Below are positions 57,153-64,000 of a stretch of 64,000 nucleotides of DNA, one piece after another. A program made the translations under genes and the position numbers. The notes under the pieces are model-generated. The model ran no database searches. It saw only the letters and a list, made by a program, of their open reading frames with translations, and was not told the origin of the DNA. The stretch lies in assembly GCA_964621645.1 (NCBI GenBank), contig CAZUMH010000006.1:5173-69172 (forward strand), written 5' to 3'. The DNA comes from an uncultured bacterium (GTDB lineage: Bacteria; Zhuqueibacterota; QNDG01; JAGLOF01). Numbering within the stretch: position 1 is the stretch's first letter; each line of letters opens with the position of its first letter.

Positions 57153-58310
57153 ATGAGCGCGGTAAAAAAAATAACAATCTGCGCCCTTGTTCTGCAGATC
57201 CCGGTTCTGTTCTTCCTGGGAGGGTGCGGCCCCAAACCGCTGGAGCAGCAGTCTCTGTTTGATACACCCGAAAATCACTACAACCAGGGAATGCGGGAAT
57301 TCGAAGCAGGACGTTTGGATCAGGCCACCGAAGAGTTCGAGAGAGCCACCGGACTGGACAAAGATTATCCGGGCGGGTATATCGGCATGGGATTGGTATT
57401 GGCCGAACAGGGCTCGTATCAGGAGGCGCTGAAATCAGTGGATAAGGGTATCGGCAAGGACGATCGGTTTATCGACGGGTATGTGGCCAAAGGGCGTATT
57501 ATCACCGCCTGGAAAAAAGATGACAACTGGCTCAAGGAGGCTCTCAAGCCCTTCGAGAAAGCCCTGAAGATCGTTCCCGAGTCGGAGAAGGTACTCTTTT
57601 ATATGGGCGAGGCCTATAAGGAGGCGTACCAGTTCGCCGATGCGGCCTCTATCTTCAGCCGGGTCATTTCACAGAAAGGGGATTTCGCCGGCCGTGCCAA
57701 CATGGAGTGGGAACTGGTTCAGAAAATCCAGCGGGCGGCGCCGGGGACAAGAATCGGTATGAAGATCGCCCTCATCCCTGAAATCGATCGTTCCGACCTG
57801 GCGGTACTCTTCGTGGAAGAGCTGAAGCTGCTGGATCTGCTCAAACGATACCAGCCCCGCACCTATGATACCAAATTCAGACCTCCGGCCGATCCCACCC
57901 AGCCGCCGCCGGAAGAACAGGCCGCGGCCCAATCCGATTATGCCGACCACTGGGCCAAGAACTGGATTATCAGTGTGATAAAAACCGGTGTCATGGATCT
58001 CTTTCCGGACGGCGACTTCCATCCCGATGATCTGATCACCCGGGCCAATTACGCCCAGTTTTTGCAGAACATCCTGGTGGCGGTAACAGGCGACCAGTCC
58101 CTGGCAACCAAATACGTGGGATCGGTCTCCCGTTTCCCGGATGTGAATCCTTCCCATTATGCCTACAACGCCATCTGTCTGGCTGTGGACCGTGGCATCA
58201 TGAAGGCCGACACCATGACCGGCGCATTCGGAATGTCCGAGCCGGTGTCCGGAGCCGATGCGCTGCTGATCATTCGTGAATTCCAGAATGCCCTGCGGAT
58301 GACTTTTTAA
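57153..58310 (+). CDS. Lipoprotein with TPRs and two C-terminal SLH-like domains
   Basis: AGGAGG Shine-Dalgarno; lipobox LGGC; TPRs; SLH-like segments DYADHWAKNWI...GDFHPDDLITRA and FPDVNPSHYAYNAI...GIM...FGMSEPVSGADA. Confidence 0.8.
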   Translation: MSAVKKITICALVLQIPVLFFLGGCGPKPLEQQSLFDTPENHYNQGMREFEAGRLDQATEEFERATGLDKDYPGGYIGMGLVLAEQGSYQEALKSVDKGIGKDDRFIDGYVAKGRIITAWKKDDNWLKEALKPFEKALKIVPESEKVLFYMGEAYKEAYQFADAASIFSRVISQKGDFAGRANMEWELVQKIQRAAPGTRIGMKIALIPEIDRSDLAVLFVEELKLLDLLKRYQPRTYDTKFRPPADPTQPPPEEQAAAQSDYADHWAKNWIISVIKTGVMDLFPDGDFHPDDLITRANYAQFLQNILVAVTGDQSLATKYVGSVSRFPDVNPSHYAYNAICLAVDRGIMKADTMTGAFGMSEPVSGADALLIIREFQNALRMTF

Positions 58311-58324
58311 AGAGCGGAGGGATC

Positions 58325-59527
58325 ATGAAACCTCTGAAATTTTATTGTGTGTTTTCTCTGGCCGCTGTCTTTGTCCTGAGCGGATTATGTCCGGCCCAGG
58401 TGGCCGACAGCCTCGATCAGGGGCAGGTGGTGGTGGCCACCGGTATCGGAAGCATTGTCGCCGGAGATGTGGCCCATGCCAGGGATGACGCCATCAATGA
58501 CGCCTTGCGAACGGGGCTGGAGCAGGCCCTGGGGATGCTGCTGGAATCCGAAACCCTGGTAGAGAACTACCAGCTCATCGAAGACAATATTTTCAGCAAG
58601 ACCCGGGGATATGTGCAGAGCTATGAAGTGATACGGGAACGCAAGCGTGATGAACAGCTCTACGAGGTAACCGTACGAGCAGTGGTTAAAATCGCCAATC
58701 TGAAAAATGATCTGGACGGTATCGCCACCCTAATGCGGCGCAAGAATATGCCCCGTACCATGGTGATGATCAAGGAACGCAACGTGGGCGAGGCGCCGGG
58801 CATGTTTCATTACTTTGATGTCGATCTGAATATATCTGAAAATGCCCTCACATCCGCTATGATGGAGAAGGGCTTCAAATTCGTTGATCGTTCCACCGTG
58901 ATGGCCAAGATGGAGCGGGACCAGGCGTCCGCCATCTTGGCCGGGAACAATGATTTGGCCGCTTCCATCGGACGTTCGGTGGGGGCCGAAATAGTGATCA
59001 CCGGGCAGGCCGTAGCCAGCGCCACGCAAGTGGAAGTATTCGGGGCCCAACAGCGTTCCCAGCAGGCCGTGGTTACCATCCGGGCCATTCGGAGCGATAC
59101 CGGCGAAATCATCGCCGTGGCTGACGGTCAGGGAGCCTACCCCCATATTAACGACATCGTGGGAGGCACCAAAGCGATCCAAAAGGCCAGCACCGCTGCG
59201 GCTGAAACCCTGATCGACAAGATCCTGGCCCGCTGGCAGAGCGATGTGGGCAGCAGTGCCACCATTACCCTGAATATCTACGGTATCAGCGGCTACCAGA
59301 TGCTTTCAGGCTTCAAGACCAATCTTCCCTACTATGTGCGCGGCATTGAATCCCTAAATCAGCGCTCCTGGAACGGCGGTTACGCGGTGCTTGATATCCA
59401 GATACAGGGGAGCAGCGACGATCTGGCCCAGCGTCTTTCGGGCAAGACCATCGGCGGCTCCCTGGTAAAGGTGACCGGCATGACCCAGAACAGCGTCACC
59501 ATTGAACTCTCTGCACAAGAAGAGTGA
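58325..59527 (+). CDS. Exported protein with FlgT-N-like domain and CsgG/TolB-N-like middle domain
   Basis: VVATGIG...ARDDAINDALR...ETLVENYQLIED.I.SKTRGYV...YEVTVRAVV; later FKFVD...A...GAEIVITG...R.IRSDTGEI. Confidence 0.65.
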   Translation: MKPLKFYCVFSLAAVFVLSGLCPAQVADSLDQGQVVVATGIGSIVAGDVAHARDDAINDALRTGLEQALGMLLESETLVENYQLIEDNIFSKTRGYVQSYEVIRERKRDEQLYEVTVRAVVKIANLKNDLDGIATLMRRKNMPRTMVMIKERNVGEAPGMFHYFDVDLNISENALTSAMMEKGFKFVDRSTVMAKMERDQASAILAGNNDLAASIGRSVGAEIVITGQAVASATQVEVFGAQQRSQQAVVTIRAIRSDTGEIIAVADGQGAYPHINDIVGGTKAIQKASTAAAETLIDKILARWQSDVGSSATITLNIYGISGYQMLSGFKTNLPYYVRGIESLNQRSWNGGYAVLDIQIQGSSDDLAQRLSGKTIGGSLVKVTGMTQNSVTIELSAQEE

Positions 59528-59563
59528 GGCAACAGTTATCATGCAGGAAGGAGTGATACCAAA

Positions 59564-60466
59564 ATGAAGAAAACGATTGTTTTTGTCAGTTTACTGGCCC
59601 TGCTGCTGGCGGGGGTCACCGCTCAGGCTCAGCTGAAAAAAAGAGTGGCGGTCTTTACCTTCGAGGATAAATCAGAGCAGGGATGGCATTGGTGGTCCGG
59701 CGGGTCGCCCGGAGAGGGGATGGCCGACATGCTCACCACAGAGCTGGTCAAATCCGGCAAGTACATCGTCGTCGAACGATCCGAGATCTCCAAGATCATG
59801 CAGGAGCAGGATCTGGGGCAGACCGGCAGAGTGACGGAACAAAGCGCCGCCAAGATGGGCCAGCTCCTTGGTGTTGAACTTGCCATTATGGGATCCGTGA
59901 CAGAATTCGGCGTTACCAAAGGCGGCGGCGGTGTACGGGTAAAAGGCATCGGCCTCGGGTCCAACAAACAGAGCGCCAGAGTCGGCATCGACGTGCGCCT
60001 GGTGAACACCAACACGGGTGAAATCCTGGCGGCGGATCATATCGCCAAGGAGGAGAGCTCCGGCGGCATCCGGGTGAGCACCCCCAAGTTCGGGTTCAAC
60101 AACCGCACCGATTTTGACAATTCCCTGGCCGGCAAGGCTACCCGAGCGGCCATCGAGGATATCATGGGGCTCATCGAAAATCAGATGCAGGCACTGCCCT
60201 GGGAAGGCAAGATCATTCTGGTCAAGGGCGCCACTATTTACATTAAACCCGGTTCCGACGCGGGAGTCAATGTCGGAGATGTCTTTACGGTCTACAGCAA
60301 GGGCGAAGATCTTATCGATCCCGATACGGGGATTTCACTGGGATCGCAGGAAAGCAAAATTGGAACAATAAAGGTAACCTCCATGGTGAGCGGGGGCAAA
60401 GCCGCCATGGCAGCGGCCGTGAGCGGCAGCGGATTTGCCAAGGACAATATCATCCGCCAGCAGTAA
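59564..60466 (+). CDS. CsgG/HfaB family protein with FlgT-C-like C-terminal domain
   Basis: KKRVAVFTFED, GMADMLTTELVKSGKYIVVERSEI..IMQEQDL, RLVNTNTGEI; C-terminal G...GVNVGDVFTVY..GE.LIDPDTG..LG. Confidence 0.82.
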   Translation: MKKTIVFVSLLALLLAGVTAQAQLKKRVAVFTFEDKSEQGWHWWSGGSPGEGMADMLTTELVKSGKYIVVERSEISKIMQEQDLGQTGRVTEQSAAKMGQLLGVELAIMGSVTEFGVTKGGGGVRVKGIGLGSNKQSARVGIDVRLVNTNTGEILAADHIAKEESSGGIRVSTPKFGFNNRTDFDNSLAGKATRAAIEDIMGLIENQMQALPWEGKIILVKGATIYIKPGSDAGVNVGDVFTVYSKGEDLIDPDTGISLGSQESKIGTIKVTSMVSGGKAAMAAAVSGSGFAKDNIIRQQ

Positions 60467-60489
60467 GTTACTACGAGAGAAATAGGAAG

Positions 60490-60525
60490 GAAGGAGGGGA
60501 GGCGACTGACTTCCCTCCTTCTTTT
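60490..60525 (+). terminator. Intrinsic terminator closing the envelope cluster
   Basis: GAAGGAGGGGA...TTCCCTCCTTC stem (one G-U pair) followed by TTTT. Confidence 0.65.
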
Positions 60526-60631
60526 ATAATACGGGAGGTCCGTGAAGATTACTGTTGCGTCTTGCTTTCAATAATTGTATTTTTGGGCGGAACCGTAGGA
60601 GATAGGGCCGTCAGGGGGACGAGAGCATATC

Positions 60632-61882
60632 ATGAGTGAGAGAACGCGTCAGTCCAGTAAAAGAAATCCAGTGCCGGAAACACGGGAAGAGCCGGCTGCG
60701 GCCACGCGGGATGTCGTTGCCGCTGTCACTATTCTGATACTGCTGGCCGCCTTCCTCTATTCCACCAGCTCCATTCTCTCTCCCTTCGTCAGCGGCGGAC
60801 TGCTGATCTTCATCCTTGCCGCCGGCCGGGGACAGGACCTGAGGCGAAGGCTTCTGAGCGGGACCATCTTCATCCTGGCCCTCTGGATTTTTCTCCAGGC
60901 CCGGCTGGTGTTTTTCCCCTTTATCATTTCACTGGTGCTGGCCTTTCTGCTGAATCCCGTGGTTGACTGGCTGGAAGGCAAGGGGTTGCCCCGGCTGCCG
61001 GTGGTCCTTATCGTCCTGCTGGTCCTTCTGGCCCTGGCAGTGGCGGGCGGCATAATTCTGCTGCCGGGTTTGATCCATGAGATCCAGACGTTGATCGAGA
61101 AGATCCCCGATCTGGCTGCGGAGCTGGTGCGGCAGGTGAAGGTCAATCTCAAGGCGGTGCTCGATTTTCTGCGGGTCGACTCCACCCGGCTGCAGCAGGA
61201 ACTGGCCGGTGAGATACCGGCCCGGGCCGAGGCGGTGCTTTCCAATCTGCTGCGCAGTATCTCCGGAGTGGGGGCTTTGTTTGGGAAACTCATCTATCTT
61301 ATTCTCATCCCCATTCTCACGTTTTATTTCCTCAAGGATTACCACCGGGTGGCGGACTGGTTCCTGGAATTGATACCCCGCAAGAAACGCTCCCTGGTCA
61401 CCTTTTACCAGTGGCGCCTCAACCGCATCCTGGGCGGTTACATCCGGGGGCAGGTGATTGTCTCTTCCCTGGTGGGGCTGCTTACTGGAGTGGGTCTGAC
61501 ACTTTTTCACATTCCTTTCGCCATCATCATCGGGCTGATGGCGGGAGTGCTGAATTTTATTCCCTTTGTGGGTCTCTACGTCAGCCTGGGTCTGGCGCTG
61601 CTCACGGCCTTTTTCACTCCGGCGCCGCTGGTTGCTCTGTTAAAAATAGGATTCGTCTTTTTGGTTGTTCAGGGACTGGAAAGCTATATCATCTCTCCCA
61701 AAATTGTGGGAGACAGAGTGGGACTGCATCCCATCGCGGTCATCCTCTCTGTGCTGATCTTCGCTTATTTCCTGGGATTCTGGGGATTGCTGGTGGGAGT
61801 GCCCACGGCCGCTCTTTTAAAATTCCTTCTGGATGAATGGAGGCGTCATCTCAAGTGGAGGGAGCTCCGTGCCGCGGAGTGA
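60632..61882 (+). CDS. AI-2E (UPF0118/PerM) family transporter
   Basis: AFLLNPVV, ILTFYFLKD, GYIRGQ, LNFIPFVG, PKIVGDRVGLHP and GLLVGVP. Confidence 0.92.
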   Translation: MSERTRQSSKRNPVPETREEPAAATRDVVAAVTILILLAAFLYSTSSILSPFVSGGLLIFILAAGRGQDLRRRLLSGTIFILALWIFLQARLVFFPFIISLVLAFLLNPVVDWLEGKGLPRLPVVLIVLLVLLALAVAGGIILLPGLIHEIQTLIEKIPDLAAELVRQVKVNLKAVLDFLRVDSTRLQQELAGEIPARAEAVLSNLLRSISGVGALFGKLIYLILIPILTFYFLKDYHRVADWFLELIPRKKRSLVTFYQWRLNRILGGYIRGQVIVSSLVGLLTGVGLTLFHIPFAIIIGLMAGVLNFIPFVGLYVSLGLALLTAFFTPAPLVALLKIGFVFLVVQGLESYIISPKIVGDRVGLHPIAVILSVLIFAYFLGFWGLLVGVPTAALLKFLLDEWRRHLKWRELRAAE

Positions 61883-63161
61883 GGGCCTGCCCGTTATCGG
61901 GATTGAACGGGGGAGTCCGGCGCAGCGGGCCGGTTTACGGGAAGGTGATTTTCTTCTCGAGGCCAACGGCCGGGCGTTGCGGGATCAGCTGGATTTTTAC
62001 TTCTACACCCAGGATGAAGAAACGGACATCCGTTTTCGACGCGGGGACCACGTAAAAAACATCACCCTTCCCAACAGTGAAGGGGAGCCTCTGGGACTGA
62101 ATCTGGCGCCGCTGCAGTACCGGGCCTGCGGCAACAATTGTGTTTTCTGTTTTATCGATCAGAATCCCCCCGGCCTGCGACCCTCCCTCTACTTCAAGGA
62201 TGAAGATTACCGGCTCAGCTTTCTGCAGGGCAACTACGTGACGCTTACTTTGGTGAGTGACGAGGATCTCGAACGCATCGTGGAGCAGCATCTTTCACCC
62301 CTCTATGTTTCGATTCATGCTGTCCAATCCCGGGTGCGCCGGGAGATGCTGGGCCTGCGGCGGGATGACCGGCTTCCGGAGAAGCTGGATTTTATCACCG
62401 ACAATGGGATCGAGGTGCACGGCCAGATCGTTCTCTGCCCGGGAATCAACGACGGCGAGGTGCTCTGGTCAGGACTGGAGCAGCTGAGCCGCTTCCATCC
62501 GGGGCTGCGCTCCCTGGCAGTGGTGCCGGTGGGGCTCACCGCTCACCGTTACGGACTGCCCTCCCTGAATCCGGTAACGGAGGATACGGCCCGGGAGATA
62601 CTGAAAACGGGAAGGAAGCATCAGCAGCGCTTCCGGAAGCGTTTGGGAGAATCATTCCTCTACTTTGCCGATGAGTTCTATCTGCTGGCCGGGGAGGAAC
62701 TGCCCGGGACGAAGGAGTACGGGGATTTCTGGCAAACAGGCAACGGTGTAGGGCTGGTGCGGGAGTTTCTGGACCTCTTCCAGGAGGCGGAAAGGGAATT
62801 TCCGGAACGTATCGCCCCTTCAAGACGTTTAGTATTGATTACCGGCACTCTGGCCGAGCCGGTGCTGCGGAGCCGGGTGCTGCCCGGGCTCAACAAAGTC
62901 AGGGGAGTAGAGGCGCGGCTGGCAGCGGTGGAGAACAGCCTCTTCGGCAGGACGGTGACGGTCTCCGGACTGCTCTGCGGCGGAGATATCCTGGAACGGC
63001 TTAAGGCGGAAGAGGGCGATTACGAGGTGCTGCTGCCCTCCAACTGCCTCAACAGCGAGGACCTCTTTTTAGATGATATCACCTTGGAGGGCATGCGGGA
63101 GCGGTTGGGAAAGCCGGTGCAGGTAATAGATGATTTCCATGAGATATGGGAGAAGGCGTGA
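61869..63161 (+). CDS. DUF512 family PDZ plus radical-SAM-like Fe-S protein
   Basis: GTG start after GGAGGGAG; PDZ (GSPAQRAGLREGD); CGNNCVFC (CxxxCxxC); YFKDEDYRLSFLQGNY and QIVLCPGINDG. Confidence 0.88.
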   Translation: MPRSEGLPVIGIERGSPAQRAGLREGDFLLEANGRALRDQLDFYFYTQDEETDIRFRRGDHVKNITLPNSEGEPLGLNLAPLQYRACGNNCVFCFIDQNPPGLRPSLYFKDEDYRLSFLQGNYVTLTLVSDEDLERIVEQHLSPLYVSIHAVQSRVRREMLGLRRDDRLPEKLDFITDNGIEVHGQIVLCPGINDGEVLWSGLEQLSRFHPGLRSLAVVPVGLTAHRYGLPSLNPVTEDTAREILKTGRKHQQRFRKRLGESFLYFADEFYLLAGEELPGTKEYGDFWQTGNGVGLVREFLDLFQEAEREFPERIAPSRRLVLITGTLAEPVLRSRVLPGLNKVRGVEARLAAVENSLFGRTVTVSGLLCGGDILERLKAEEGDYEVLLPSNCLNSEDLFLDDITLEGMRERLGKPVQVIDDFHEIWEKA

Positions 63162-64000
63162 CACTGCCGATTATTTCCATCGTGGGCCGGCCCAATGTGG
63201 GCAAGTCCACGCTTTTTAACCGCATTATTGGACGGCGGGAAGCCATCGTTGACGACGCGCCCGGCATCACCCGGGACCGCAAGTCAGCCGACACCGACTG
63301 GGAAGGAATCCCTTTCCGACTGGTGGACACGGGCGGATTCATCCCCAAAGGGAGCAATGCCATCGAAAAGGGGGTAAGCCGGCAGGTGTTGCAGGCTATC
63401 GAAGAATCGGATGTGATCATCCATGTGGTGGACTGCCACAGCGGCATCACCGATATCGACGGCGAGGTGGCCCGCAGCCTGCGCAAATGCGGCAAACCGC
63501 TCCTCCTGGCCGTAAACAAGGTGGACAATGACACCCGGGAACTGGAGGCGGCCCAGTTTATCCGTCTGGGGCTGGGAGAGCCTCAAACCGTCTCGGCTCA
63601 GGCCGGACGGGGTGTGGGCGACCTGCTTTCCGCGGCCGTGGCTCTGCTGGGACCGGGGGCAACACCCGGTGAAGAAGACCCTGATGACCGTCTGCGCCTG
63701 GCCATAGTCGGCAAGCCCAACGTGGGCAAATCAACCTTTATCAACCGCATCCTGGGCCAGGAACGAATGCTGGTCACCGACATACCGGGCACCACCCGTG
63801 ATTCGGTGGATGTGGATGTTACCTGGAAGGGCAGGATCATCTCGCTGGTGGACACCGCCGGCCTGCGGCGCCGCTCCCGGGTGGACGGGGAGGTGGAATA
63901 TTACAGCGGCCTGCGCGCCCGCCGGGCCATCAATGACTGTGATGTGGCCTGCGTTTTCGTGGACGCTTCCGAGAAAATCACCCAGCAGGACATGCACGTA
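63158..64000 (+). CDS. der: Ribosome biogenesis GTPase Der (EngA); runs off the window end
   Basis: Not in the ORF track because there is no stop in the window. GTG start; GRPNVGKSTLFNR, PGITRD, DTGG and NKVD, then a second G domain GKPNVGKS, PGTTRD and DTAG. Confidence 0.96.
   Translation, partial: MTLPIISIVGRPNVGKSTLFNRIIGRREAIVDDAPGITRDRKSADTDWEGIPFRLVDTGGFIPKGSNAIEKGVSRQVLQAIEESDVIIHVVDCHSGITDIDGEVARSLRKCGKPLLLAVNKVDNDTRELEAAQFIRLGLGEPQTVSAQAGRGVGDLLSAAVALLGPGATPGEEDPDDRLRLAIVGKPNVGKSTFINRILGQERMLVTDIPGTTRDSVDVDVTWKGRIISLVDTAGLRRRSRVDGEVEYYSGLRARRAINDCDVACVFVDASEKITQQDMHV

Noticed and set aside
56049-60525. Genomic island integrated at tRNA-Gly
   Set aside because: No integrase, no duplicated tRNA 3' end, and no evident compositional shift downstream.
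1-64000. CRISPR arrays, IS elements, prophage or anti-phage defence genes
   Set aside because: No regularly spaced direct repeats, transposase, integrase or recognisable defence domains were seen by eye.

Overview
A gene-dense, fairly GC-rich chromosomal window from a diderm bacterium. Many signal-peptide/lipoprotein and beta-barrel genes, plus a C25 peptidase and PorV-like pair, suggest an FCB-group lineage such as KSB1/Calditrichota; this is inference only. I saw no CRISPR array, transposase, integrase or phage genes. Main blocks: (1) a 5'-truncated M16 peptidase, a POT transporter and a CsgG-like TPR lipoprotein; (2) a minus-strand sigma54 two-component module followed by an outer-membrane protein, lipoprotein and serpin cluster with a candidate -24/-12 promoter; (3) tRNA(CAU)-tilS-ftsH-TPR-folP-cdaA, then C25 peptidase, PorV-like protein, envelope genes, a DRG-type GTPase and MEMO1; (4) a minus-strand UPF0280 / aspartate kinase / DUF39 operon matching the methanogen-type homocysteine route; (5) housekeeping genes dusB, purM, plsY, gpsA, asnS, acyP and apt; (6) tRNA-Gly followed by an LPP20 / TPR-SLH / FlgT-N / CsgG envelope cluster; (7) AI-2E, DUF512 and a 3'-truncated der. 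The strongest new observation is absent from the ORF track: a complete leader-peptide transcription attenuator upstream of the homocysteine operon, with a sigma70 promoter, a 32-codon Met-rich leader, an antiterminator and a 14-bp terminator. A frameshifted XRE helix-turn-helix gene is also hidden at 5766-5990.
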